A stretch of DNA of 64,000 bases. Source: Phycisphaerae bacterium (GTDB lineage Bacteria; Planctomycetota; Phycisphaerae; UBA1845). The notes under the pieces are model-generated. The model made no database searches, was not told the DNA's origin, and saw only the letters and a program-made list of their open reading frames with translations. The stretch is from contig CAXXGO010000006.1 in assembly GCA_963666835.2 (NCBI GenBank), forward strand, positions 1,024,001 through 1,088,000, read 5' to 3'. Positions within the stretch are counted from its first letter, which is position 1; each line of letters begins with the position of its first letter. Shown here in pieces: positions 1 through 10,317 of the stretch. The translations under genes and the position numbers were made by a program.

Positions 1-62
1 CGGCGCCTTCTGAAAGACGCCGTGCGGCCGAGGCGACGGTGCGGTTCATCGACGTCGTCTCT

Positions 63-250
63 TAGACCCCGTCAGGGTGTTTTGGATTGTTGGGACGTCA
101 GCCGGGGGCGGCGGCCGCTGCGCGGCCTTGCCCCCGGCTACTATCTTGCAGGCTTTCAGCCTGAACACCGAGCCGGCTTGCAGACCGGCCCTCCGCTACG
201 TACCACCGGCTTCCGGCTTGGTAGGGCACGGTCGAGGAACGAGACCTGCC
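63..250. repeat. REP-like palindrome cluster (small hairpin - large hairpin - small hairpin, then GTAG-REP core)
   Basis: CCCCGGCTACTATCTTGCAGGCTTTCAGCCTG recurs at ~568-603; the GTAGGGCACGGTCGAGGAACGAGACCTGCC core at 221 recurs across the window. Confidence 0.7.
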
Positions 251-366
251 GTCGATTGCAGGGGCATCGTCACCGGCTGCCCCGTGTTCGGCCCCGATCC
301 CACACGGTTCTGCCACACTCTTGTCATATACCGGATTCGTGGCGATTGAATCGATACTCCCCCCTT

Positions 367-480
367 GAAAGGGGGGGCTCGGGCGAAGGGGGGGCTCGGG
401 CGGAAGGGGGGCTCGGATAAAGGGAAAGGCTCGGACGAGGGGGCTTGGATAAAGGGAGGGGCTCGGACGAAGAGGGGGAT
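367..480 (+). repeat. Degenerate ~17-19 bp G-rich tandem repeat (GAAGGGGGGCTCGG..)
   Basis: About six imperfect units visible. Confidence 0.65.
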
Positions 481-901
481 TGCGGGCTCCGCTACGGGCT
501 CGGGCCTGACGTGCGGTGCGCAGAATACGGGATCCGACCCGGTGGCGGCGGCTGTTCCGCGGCTTTGCCCCCGGTGATTACTATCTTGCAGACTTTCAGC
601 CTGCCCGACCCAACGTCAGCCGCCGCCTGCTCGGCGAGGCGCAAGCCACGCTCGGTAAGGCAGTTGCCCAAGTTGCCGATCGGCTCAGAACCAGCGCATT
701 TGCTGCGAAAACTCGGGGCGGATGCGGGCCGCGGTTGTTATTCTCGGGTTTTGCTTGCTCTTGCGACCCCGGTTCAGGTACGGTAACAGAATCGGCGGGT
801 TAGTGTCGGATCGCACGGCCCGAGCCGGTGCGGCCATGTCGAATGGGGAACGATCGGCCGCTTTGCACGGGGCACACGGGGTAGAGATATGGGGGCATAT
901 C

Positions 902-3900
902 ATGAGTTCTTTACTGGTTCGCGTATTGGCGGTACTCGTTGGAATGGTCTTGGTAACATTTTCCGCGGGGTCCGAGGTGCGGGCGGGTGACGATGGAGGT
1001 CGCCCTCGCGTCTCAGCCGACGGGGTCTTGGTGGGAGAAGCCGGCTCGGGGCAGTTGACTCGGCTGCCGGTTGCCGCGGGGGTAACGCGACACTACCCCG
1101 ACGGCTCGACGGAACGGGTCGACGTATCGGCCGGGTCTGATGTTGATCGGGCAAGTAAGCTGATCTACAGCAATCCACACGGCGACTTTCTCTACGCGCC
1201 CGGAAGGAACCTCACGATTGCCGACGACCTGACGACCAATGCCGTTACGGATTGCGGCGTACAGTTGATCACAACGCGGGTTAACGGCGGCGTGGAGAAC
1301 GGGACCGGTGAGTTCTCCGTCGCCATCGGTTTGTGGGACAAATGCCCGGGGGTGTCCGGCGCGCAGAATCTTCTGGGGACGGAAACGACGTTCGCCGGGC
1401 TCGCGGACGACATCGCAGAAGACCACGAACTGGCGATTGACTTCCGTGATGTGGGGATCTGCGATGACCTGAGTGCGTGCAGCGTGCTTGATCAGGATTG
1501 CGCCGACGAATCGCCTTGTGTGCAGGACCTGCCGGAACTGCCTACGACCGTCTGGCTGAGCTATCGCTTCGATACGTCAACCGCCGGAGTGATCCTGGGC
1601 AGCCCGGCACAGGTCGGATTCTCCGCCGACAATTACCATCATCCCTACTCGCCTTGCGTTAACAACCTCGGTGGCTATCCGCGATTCCCTTATGCCGCCT
1701 TCCGGGCACAGATCTTTGCCGACGGCACGACCGACGAGGCGGATCCGAACTACTGCCCGACACACTTTCTGGCCTATTGGGCGGCGTCTTCTTTCGGAAC
1801 CGCTTTCGCCCCCGGCGGGACTACGCACCGCATGGCCGATGACATCATGCTGTCGTTCGGCATAGACGATCCACCGCTTACGTGCGAGCTGAGCGCTTTG
1901 GAGCTGGGCGTCATCGGCGCGTACGGACAGTTTGATATCGACGTGGATGTCCGCTGGCCCCAGTTGGAGGATGTAAGGCCGCAGACCCAGCGAGTCTTCA
2001 CCGGTCGCGGTGACGGCAGTCTGGAGGTCGCCCGGTTCCTCTACGAGCCGGGGCTGTTCATTACGCCCGAAGATCAGCCGCTGTACGTGACGTGGTTGCC
2101 CGATTGCGCCAATGTCGGAGTGTCCAACGTCCGAAGGACCCAACTGGGGTCGAGTTCCGATGGCTTCGCGATGTTGGATACGTCGGCGGGATCACCCGGC
2201 GAGTGGGAATGGTACAACATCCCAAATGGTGATGCAGCAGTTTTCCATATCGCTATTTTCTGCCGCGGTGAAGCGCCCACCGGGGCGTGCTGCACGAGTC
2301 TGCGAGGCTCGGACGTACCGGAGTGCATCGATGAAGCCAATGTTCTGACGTGTTTGGGGGGGCGTTGGGCTCCCGGAGAGACATGTGCGGAGGCCGACTT
2401 CGATCCACCCTGCGGATGGGCGGCCTGCTGCCTGCCTGACGCCACGTGCGAGGATATCACTAAGGAGAAATGCGACCAGAGGGGCGGCCGCTGGCGGGGA
2501 GAGTCGTATTGCAGCGACAACGACCTGCGCTGCTATTGGGAAGTGTGCGGCTTAGCCGGTGGGGGGGAGTGCACCTTCCCCAGGCCCGTGCCCGGCTGCA
2601 AGGACTTTTCATGCTGTAACCAGGTGTGCCTGGCCGACCCCTGGTGCTGCGAGAATGACTGGGATGAGCAGTGTGTCGAAGAGGCCTCTCTGTTATGCGA
2701 AATCGAGCCTGCCAATAATGAGTGTTCGAATCCGATGCCGCTGGCCTCGCAAGGGCAGGTGATGGTCAACAACGTCCGAGCCGACGACGACATCGAGGAC
2801 CCGGGTTTCGTGTGCCATTCGGATGGGGCCGGTACGCTCGGCTACGGGTCAATCTGGTTCGAGTTCGAGGCCGCGGAGACCTCCGCCCGGTTCCACACCT
2901 GCGCTTCCGATGCCGAAGCTGGTGATTCGCTTTTGGAGGTCTACGCCGTCGACCCGGGCGATGAAGACTGTCAGACTCTCACCCCTCTGGCGTGCTCCGA
3001 CGACGCGCCGGGCTGCGGAGCGGACGGTTTGCAGAGTGACGTGTGCGTGACAGGGATCGAACCGGGCGTATCGTACCGTGTGCAGTTGGCGTCGAAGACC
3101 GCGGCGGGGCAGGGCCGGTATCGGCTCACCGTGGAGTCTCCGTGCCCACAAGCCGCCGGTCCCGGCACCGTCGATTCAGACTTGGCGAGCGTTATCCTGG
3201 AACCGGAGTCGGGGGGTCCATCCCCCGCGCAGTCAAGTGCCTCTCCCACGGCACTTGCGGACGAAGAGCCGCTCTCGTCCGCCATGGCGAATCCCGCCGA
3301 GGCGCACCACGAAATACCGGACGACGCTCCGGTGGCCGTGCGCGTCCGGGAGCGGTCCGCAGCCTTCTGCGACGCCGGTTCGTGGGAGGGGGGCGTGTTC
3401 TCGACCGTCCAGGTCAACGTTGACGACCAGGGCGACAACATCGTCGGGGACGCCGCCAATGAACCGTCTATTGCCATTTCGCCGGTCGACCCGGACGTCA
3501 TCGTAATCGGGTGGCGGCAGTTCGACACGATAGAATCCAACTTCCGCCAGGCGGGCTGGGCCTACAGCCACGACGCGGGGGCCACCTGGACCTTCCCGGG
3601 AGTTCTCGAGCCGGATGTCTTCCGTAGCGATCCGATCCTGGCCGCCGATGCGGACGGCAACATTCATTACAACAGCCTGACGCTTCGTGGTACCGACTAC
3701 GTTTGTGACGTGTTTACGTCGTACGACGGCGGCGTGTCTTGGGCGCGAAAGGTCGACGCCCGCGGTGGGGACAAGGCCTGGATGGAGATTGACCGAACAT
3801 CGGGCTCCGGCCGCAATCATATATATTCGTTCTGGACGAGCTCCTTCAGTTGCTGCCCGGGGCATTTCACGCGCTCGACTGACGCCGGGGAAACCTACAG

Positions 3901-5056
3901 CAATCCTATTGATATCCCGCTGGATCCGTACTGGGGGACCGTTGCGGTGGGACTGGACGGCGCGATCTACGCGGCCGGCCGGAGAGGCAACGGTGCGGCC
4001 GTGATCCGGTCCACCAACGCTCGCAATCCGGACCGCGCCACCGTGTTCGACCAACCGGTCACGGCCGACATCGGAGGACCAACCTCATATGGAGACCGGC
4101 CGAACCCCGGCGGGCTACTCGGCCAGATCTGGGTGGCGACCGATCATTCCCACAGCGCCGGGCGAGGAAACGTCTACCTTCTCGCCTCGGTAGTGCCGGA
4201 CCGCGACGACCCGCTGGATCTGATGTTTGCACGCAGTACGGACAGCGGTTTGACCTGGAGCGAACCGGTGCGGATCAACGACGATGCAACGCACAGCGAG
4301 GCCTGGCAGTGGTTCGGGACGATGTCGGTGGCTCCGAACGGGCGGATCGACGTCGTATGGAACGACACACGCGACACCGGCGAGGACGACCTGTCCGAAG
4401 TGTTCTACAGCTACTCCATCGACGGCGGGGTGACTTGGCAGGAGAACGTTTCGATCAGCCCGGTCTTCGATAGCCACGTCGGCTGGCCGCAACAGAACAA
4501 GCTGGGCGATTATTACGACATGATCTCCGACAACGCCGGGGCTAACCTGGCTTACGCGGCCACGTTCAACGGCGAGCAGGACGTGTACTTTGCGCGGATT
4601 GAGCCGGCCGTCGACTGCAACGGCAATGGCATCCCCGACATCACGGAGATCACCGGCGGAAGCGTTGCCGATTGCGACGGCGACCTGGTGCCCGATGTTT
4701 GCTCCCCGGACTTCGACGGCGACGGGTACATCAACGGCTGCGACCCGGACATCGACGGCGACGGCATCGTCAACGAATTCGATGTCTGCAACTTCACTCC
4801 GCTGGGGGCGGTTGTCACCGAGGTCGGCAGTCAACGCGGCGACTTTGTGAGCGATTGCGACATCGACCTGCGCGACTTCCGTTCGTATCGGGCGTGCCTG
4901 TTGAGCGGCGGTCCGGCAGAGGGTGACCCGACCACTGATTGTCTCGCAGCCTTTGACTTCGACGGTGACGCCGACATCGACTTAGCCGATGGCCGGCTGC
5001 TGTTTAACGACTTCACCGGCCTGATCCGCCGGGCTCCGGATACGTTGATCAAGTAA
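902..5056 (+). CDS. Large exported protein: Cys-rich repeats, BNR/Asp-box sialidase-like propeller, C-terminal Ca-binding/dockerin-like motifs
   Basis: Signal peptide after ATG 902; GACC/CC motifs; Asp-boxes SHDAGATW, SYDGGVSW, STDAGETY, STDSGLTW, SIDGGVTW; DxDGD repeats and FDFDGDADIDLAD. Confidence 0.85.
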   Translation: MSSLLVRVLAVLVGMVLVTFSAGSEVRAGDDGGRPRVSADGVLVGEAGSGQLTRLPVAAGVTRHYPDGSTERVDVSAGSDVDRASKLIYSNPHGDFLYAPGRNLTIADDLTTNAVTDCGVQLITTRVNGGVENGTGEFSVAIGLWDKCPGVSGAQNLLGTETTFAGLADDIAEDHELAIDFRDVGICDDLSACSVLDQDCADESPCVQDLPELPTTVWLSYRFDTSTAGVILGSPAQVGFSADNYHHPYSPCVNNLGGYPRFPYAAFRAQIFADGTTDEADPNYCPTHFLAYWAASSFGTAFAPGGTTHRMADDIMLSFGIDDPPLTCELSALELGVIGAYGQFDIDVDVRWPQLEDVRPQTQRVFTGRGDGSLEVARFLYEPGLFITPEDQPLYVTWLPDCANVGVSNVRRTQLGSSSDGFAMLDTSAGSPGEWEWYNIPNGDAAVFHIAIFCRGEAPTGACCTSLRGSDVPECIDEANVLTCLGGRWAPGETCAEADFDPPCGWAACCLPDATCEDITKEKCDQRGGRWRGESYCSDNDLRCYWEVCGLAGGGECTFPRPVPGCKDFSCCNQVCLADPWCCENDWDEQCVEEASLLCEIEPANNECSNPMPLASQGQVMVNNVRADDDIEDPGFVCHSDGAGTLGYGSIWFEFEAAETSARFHTCASDAEAGDSLLEVYAVDPGDEDCQTLTPLACSDDAPGCGADGLQSDVCVTGIEPGVSYRVQLASKTAAGQGRYRLTVESPCPQAAGPGTVDSDLASVILEPESGGPSPAQSSASPTALADEEPLSSAMANPAEAHHEIPDDAPVAVRVRERSAAFCDAGSWEGGVFSTVQVNVDDQGDNIVGDAANEPSIAISPVDPDVIVIGWRQFDTIESNFRQAGWAYSHDAGATWTFPGVLEPDVFRSDPILAADADGNIHYNSLTLRGTDYVCDVFTSYDGGVSWARKVDARGGDKAWMEIDRTSGSGRNHIYSFWTSSFSCCPGHFTRSTDAGETYSNPIDIPLDPYWGTVAVGLDGAIYAAGRRGNGAAVIRSTNARNPDRATVFDQPVTADIGGPTSYGDRPNPGGLLGQIWVATDHSHSAGRGNVYLLASVVPDRDDPLDLMFARSTDSGLTWSEPVRINDDATHSEAWQWFGTMSVAPNGRIDVVWNDTRDTGEDDLSEVFYSYSIDGGVTWQENVSISPVFDSHVGWPQQNKLGDYYDMISDNAGANLAYAATFNGEQDVYFARIEPAVDCNGNGIPDITEITGGSVADCDGDLVPDVCSPDFDGDGYINGCDPDIDGDGIVNEFDVCNFTPLGAVVTEVGSQRGDFVSDCDIDLRDFRSYRACLLSGGPAEGDPTTDCLAAFDFDGDADIDLADGRLLFNDFTGLIRRAPDTLIK

Positions 5057-5960
5057 GAGGGCCTGAGGTGTCAAGACTATGCGGGGTGGGGAATCGATCA
5101 GCTTTCGTAGGGCACGGTCGAGGTACGAGACCTGCCGCAAAGGCGCAGACCTTGCGAAGACCAATTGCGGTACGCGAGTGTCTGTCGGATCTTCATCCGT
5201 CCCCCACCCATTCCGGCGGCGGGCGGGCGCGACCTTTCAAGCCCGATACCCGCCGGAATGAATGGGGCACCCGCGCTCCGGATACGTTGATCGAGTAAGA
5301 GGTCCTCAGGTGTCAAGACTATGCGGGGTGGGGAATCGATCAGCTCTCGTAGGGCACGGTCGAGGTACGAGACCTGCCGCAAAAGCGCAAACCCTGCGAA
5401 GACCAATTGCGGTACGCGAGTGTCTGTCGGATCTTCATCCGTCCCCCACCCATTCCGGCGGCGGGCGGGCGCGGCTGTTAAAGCCCGGTAAACGCCGGAA
5501 TGAACGGGGCACCCGCGCTCCGGATACGTTGATCGAGTAAGAGGACCTCAGGTGTCAAGATTGTGCGGGGAATCGATCAGCTCTCGTAGGGCACGGTCGA
5601 GGTACGAGACCTGCCGCAAAAGCGCAAACCCTGCGAAGACCAATTGCGGTACGCGAGTGTCTCTCGGATTCTCATCCGTCCCCCACCCATTCCGGCGGCG
5701 GGCGGGCGCGACCTTTCAAGCCCGATACCCGCCGGAATGAATGGGGCACCCGCGCACTGCGCACCAGGCGAAGGGTGGGGAATCGATCAGCTCTCGTAGG
5801 GCATGGTCGAGGTACGAGACCTGCCGCAAAGGCGCGAATCCTACAAGCGCCGACTGCGGTACGCGAGTGTCTCTCGGATCTTCATCCGTCCCCCACCCAT
5901 TCCGGCGGCGGGTGGACGCGACCTTTCAAGCCCGATACCCGCCGGAATGAACGGGCGCCC
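5033..5960 (+). repeat. 242-bp tandem repeat (3 copies plus a partial) containing a GTAG-REP core and a CATTCCGGCGG...CCGCCGGAATG hairpin
   Basis: Units start at 5033, 5275 and 5517; partial unit from ~5774. Confidence 0.9.
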
Positions 5961-6075
5961 GCGCGTCTGTCTCCCCTGGTGTCATCCAGCAAGGAAGCGT
6001 TACAATGCAACCAATCGAGCGGCCGACCGCAAGGGCCTGCCGCCGAACACGAAGGTTGCAAAGGGAGTGCAAGGG

Positions 6076-6393
6076 ATGACCGCACCAGAGCCGGACAATG
6101 TCGGGAACACGCCGGACGGGACTGATTCGGGCTCGGCCCCGGGGGCTCCCTCGGCCGAGGAGCTGCGCCGGGCACTTAAGGCGTTCAAGAAGCGCCTGAA
6201 GCTCGCCCGGCTGGACGATGAGTCGCGGCTGGGGCACCGGGCGATGACCAAGGGATCGGTGTCGGACATCGTCGGGGTCCCCGCGCCCAACCAATATCCC
6301 CAGGCCGTGTGGGACGAGCTGGTCAGGCAGGGCCGGCTCAAGTACAGCGGCCGGGGCATCTACGAACTCGTGAAACCGCCGGAGCACAAGTGA
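6076..6393 (+). CDS. Small conserved hypothetical protein (Planctomycete-type)
   Basis: ATG after a purine-rich RBS-like stretch; ELRRALKAFKKRLKLARLDDESRLG...VWDELVRQGRL; coding-like GC3. Confidence 0.75.
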   Translation: MTAPEPDNVGNTPDGTDSGSAPGAPSAEELRRALKAFKKRLKLARLDDESRLGHRAMTKGSVSDIVGVPAPNQYPQAVWDELVRQGRLKYSGRGIYELVKPPEHK

Positions 6394-6710
6394 CGTCGGG
6401 AGTCCCAGACCCTCCCCCCGTTCGTTTCTGGCAAGGACGGGAAGAGCAAACACGACCGTTCTCCTGGAAACGGCACCGGGAAGGCCCATCGAAGACACCT
6501 CAACGGGCCGTCCCAGCGTAAAGCGGAATTCGCCAGGCGGGTTTATTCTGCGTAGTGAATCCGGGTTAGCACAAGCCACCGAAGTGCCTCCCGCTGGAAT
6601 CCGTCGTCCTTCCGTGTTAGGCTGACGCGCTATGGGGAGTGAGCGGCGATGCGGCAGCGGTCGGATCGCGCCGTAACAAGGATGTTTGGCACTTTCGAGG
6701 AGATGAGTCG

Positions 6711-7271
6711 ATGCGCAGATTCACAAATGTAATGATGTTGGGCCTGGTGGCTTTCGTGGGATCGCAGATCGCCGGTTGCGGTGTCATTCAGATTCCGGTT
6801 CCCTTCGAACTGAACACGGACGCAGGCGGGAACGGGTCGTTTGAAGTCGAGGCCGATACGCCGAGCACCAACGCGTTCACCACGAACTTCGACACGTCGC
6901 AGTACACCGTCGGAAGCGGATCCGTCGTACTCGATCCGGATGACATTACGGTGACCCCTGACAGTAACGCTCCCGGCAAGTTCGCCCCGCGGCAGCAGAG
7001 TACCAGCGTTCTCGAGATTACGGTAACTATCGGCGCGGCCGACCTGGCCGGGACCATCTGCGACGCCGGGGTGGGGGAGACGTACGGTCCGTTCAGCGTA
7101 ACGCTCGACGAGAACTACGTTCCGGTCTCAATAGACCCATCGTCGGTCACGCTCAGCGCCACTACGGTCGCGCTGCTCAACCAGGGCCAGTTCGCGGTCT
7201 GCCTGGAAGTGGTTTCGCCGGTAACTGGTACGGTGAAGATCTCGGGCTTCACGCTCTTGCTCACCCCGTAG
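6711..7271 (+). CDS. Putative lipoprotein
   Basis: GAGGAG RBS; basic/hydrophobic N-terminus with IAGC lipobox. Confidence 0.75.
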   Translation: MRRFTNVMMLGLVAFVGSQIAGCGVIQIPVPFELNTDAGGNGSFEVEADTPSTNAFTTNFDTSQYTVGSGSVVLDPDDITVTPDSNAPGKFAPRQQSTSVLEITVTIGAADLAGTICDAGVGETYGPFSVTLDENYVPVSIDPSSVTLSATTVALLNQGQFAVCLEVVSPVTGTVKISGFTLLLTP

Positions 7272-7304
7272 AGCGGCGGCGGGACATCTAGGGATTGCGA
7301 AGAC

Positions 7305-7350
7305 TTGGGGGCACCCGACGTTGAATCACTCGAGGGTGCCCCCGTTCTTT
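7305..7350 (+). terminator. Probable intrinsic terminator
   Basis: GGGGGCACCC...GGGTGCCCCC followed by GTTCTTT. Confidence 0.55.
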
Positions 7351-7559
7351 GCCGGGTAATGCGGCGCAGTAGATGTTAACGGCGTGGGTGGGTGGCCCGT
7401 CTCTTTAGAAGTGGGGGAGCCGATGATTCGAGCTTCGTGGCGGGTCACGAGCTACCGGAAGCGTCGAGTTACGCTTCCGACTGCCTGGGCCTATGCCTTC
7501 CGGCGAGGCTGCGCAACAGGTATTGGGCCCTTCTGATCTTGCGAGGAGAGTTGAGTCAC

Positions 7560-8315
7560 ATGCGTCCACGCGTAACGAGCGCGCGTCTGAGCGCAACTGG
7601 GCTTGTGGCCTACTGCGCCGCCGCCCTCATACCGGTCCTGCTGTGGGCCTGCGGGCTTGAACGCACGGGGCAGCTAGTTGCCACGATTACCGGTCTTGTG
7701 GCCGCAGGACTACTGGTTTTCAGTTGCACGAAACGCTCACAATTGTGCCGCCGAGGTTTAAGTAGTCTCCTATTCCGATTCACAAGGCGGGCCTGGCGAC
7801 ACCGATCGCTTGCACTGCTGTCTATGCTTCTGTGTCTGGCCGGTTGGATCATAAGCCGCTACGTCACGGTTGGCCTTGGGAGCCATGGGTGTCGCATCAA
7901 CATCGAGCTTTCGGGGGGAGTACTGCGTGTTGAGGGATTCACCCCGGATTGGTTCTCTGGCCCGAGAACTCCCCCGTTTGCTTCCGGGCTCACGGTAGTA
8001 CCAACCAGAATACCGTCACCCAGAACAGCGGGGCCCATATTCCCCCGCATGGTCGTGCGATCGTACCTGGATACCTGGCGAGTCTGGATCCCGTTCTATG
8101 TTCCGATTTTCGCGTTTGCGGCCATTGCCGTGGTTGGGTACTCTCCAGCTTCGCGCCGATATGTTCACCGCCGGCTCGGCCAGTGTATCAAGTGCGGATA
8201 CGATCTCACTGGGAATACCTCTGGCGTTTGTCCTGAGTGTGGGGAGGCCGGGCTGCCCCGAGCCGGGGAACTCGAAGTACATTGCGCTCGGGGCGGCATT
8301 GAGCGGAGCCCGTGA
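7560..8315 (+). CDS. Membrane protein with C-terminal CxxCGYDLxG..CPECG Zn-ribbon
   Basis: Several hydrophobic segments; CIKCGYDLTGNTSGVCPECG; start uncertain. Confidence 0.7.
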   Translation: MRPRVTSARLSATGLVAYCAAALIPVLLWACGLERTGQLVATITGLVAAGLLVFSCTKRSQLCRRGLSSLLFRFTRRAWRHRSLALLSMLLCLAGWIISRYVTVGLGSHGCRINIELSGGVLRVEGFTPDWFSGPRTPPFASGLTVVPTRIPSPRTAGPIFPRMVVRSYLDTWRVWIPFYVPIFAFAAIAVVGYSPASRRYVHRRLGQCIKCGYDLTGNTSGVCPECGEAGLPRAGELEVHCARGGIERSP

Positions 8316-8581
8316 GTATGTTCTCATTAACGTGCCCGGGATTCGTGAAGCACGTACGAGATCCGACCAAACCCCTGCCTCGTTACGCCCGGTTTCGTCG
8401 CGGCAATATTAGCTTTGTGCATGGCCACGCAAGCGTGGGGCATGGCATGGGCCAGCTTGTTGGCCCGTGGAGCTTGGCACGCCGGGGGCATCCACGGGCG
8501 AGCTGGAACGGCCCATGACCCTAACGCGAGATCGAGTGACGTACGGCACTTTGCTCCGCGGATCGGCGGCGCTTGCCCACC

Positions 8582-9665
8582 CTCAATGGCAGGTCTCGTA
8601 CCTCGGCCGTGCCGTAAGGCAAGCCCTTTGGGGCGACAGGTCCTGTAGCCCCACGGCGTAAGCCTGGGGCTTCGTGCGATCGCTTCGCGCCAAGCCCCTT
8701 GTGGGTGGCAGAAGGCGTCGAGGTCTGGATCGGACACCGGTGATTCAACGTCATCCGGAAAGCACGTTGGCGACCAGCAGGACCTCTTCGAGCATCGAAG
8801 TGCCGCCCCTGGCGGGGCTTGGGTTGCCGTCGGAGGCGATCCCGCGGCTGACGCCGCGGGCTGGGCAGAGCTGCCGCCCTGGCGGGCTGGTCCCGCGAGA
8901 CACGTGGGTGGCACATATTCGTGCGACCCGGGCCATTGCGGCCTTGATGGCAGGTCTCGTACCTCGACCGTGCCCTACGGCTTACCGCCGTCCTCGCGCG
9001 ATTCGCGAGGCCGTCCGCCGGCCCTTCGGGACGGGAGGATGTGGAGAGCGAATCGCCCCCACGGGTTCCGCTACGCTCCACCCGTGGCTACTTGCCTGCG
9101 TCCCTAACGGGATGGCCTACCGCACGGCCGCCCTCGATGGCAGGTCTCGTACCTCGGCCGTGCCGTAAGGCAAGCCCTTTGGGGCGACAGGTCCTGTAGC
9201 CCCACGGCGTAAGCCTGGGGCTTCGTGCGATCGCTTCGCGCCAAGCCCCTTGTGGGCGGCAGAAGGCGTCGAGGTCTGGATCGGACACCGGTGATTCAAC
9301 ATCATCCGGAAAGCACGTTGGCGACCAGCAGGACCTCTTCGAGCATCGAAGTGCCGCCCCTGGCGGGGCTTGGGTTGCCGTCGGAGGCGATCCCGCGGCT
9401 GACGCCGCGGGCTGGGCAGAGCTGCCGCCCTGGCGGGCTGGTCCCGCGAGACACGTGGGTGGCACATATTCGTGCGACCCGGGCCATTGCGGCCTTGATG
9501 GCAGGTCTCGTGCCTCGACCGTGGCCCTACGGGTTGCCGCCGCGCGCGATTCGCGAGGCCGTCCGCCGGCCCTTCGGGACGGGAGGATGTGGAGAGCGAA
9601 TCGCCCCCACGGGTTCCGCTGCGCTCCACCCGTGGCTACTTGCCTTATGTCCCTTCGGGACCCTT
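8582..9665. repeat. 551-bp direct duplication built from several REP types
   Basis: Copies begin at ~8582 and ~9133 and are near-identical. Confidence 0.9.
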
Positions 9666-9677
9666 CACCTTAGGTCG

Positions 9678-9860
9678 GCGCGATGCGAGCCGTTGTGGCA
9701 GGTCTCGTGCCTCGGCCGTGCCCTACTTGGTCTTCGCGCGATGCGAGCCGTTGTGGCAGGTCTCGTGCCTCGGCCGTGCCCTACTTGGTCTTCGCGCGAT
9801 GCGAGCCGTTGTGGCAGGTCTCGTACCTCGACCGTGCCCTACGAGGTCTTCGCGCGATGT
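9678..9860 (-). repeat. 58-bp tandem GTAG-REP array (~3 units)
   Basis: Closely related to the reverse complement of the unit at 31858-32295. Confidence 0.85.
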
Positions 9861-10317
9861 GCGGCGCTGTGGCGGATCGGGTCGTAAGGGGTACCTCGAC
9901 CGTGCCCGACAGGTCGGTCCGGGGTGCGGCCGCGGGGAGCATGTTCGGCCAGACCACCGCACGATGCCTGTAACCGTCCAAACCATTGCGTAACGGCTAT
10001 AACCGTCGAGACCATCGCACGACGCCCGTGATCCGACGCCACTAGCCACATATCCGCGTCCGGGACGCCTGTAACCGTCCAAAATGCCCCATGACGCCCG
10101 TAACCGTCCGGCTCCGGTCGCGCCGGCAGATTATCGGATTAAGACTTGTTTTTCGGACCCGGTTAAGCTAGGCTATCGGACTCGGGAGTGCGCGTATCAG
10201 GGGTACGGGCCGCGCACTTCAACGATGGAGAAAAGGGAGCGGAAGCCCACACCTCTGAATACGGGAAATAACTGTGCGCCGGCGGCCAGGGCGGGTCGTT
10301 CGGGAAAGGAGTGGAAG

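Noticed and set aside
8751..8936. Captured 3' end of a PilB/GspE-like gene (TSMLEEVLLV*) in the duplication
   Set aside because: Too short and out of register with the usual motif to support.
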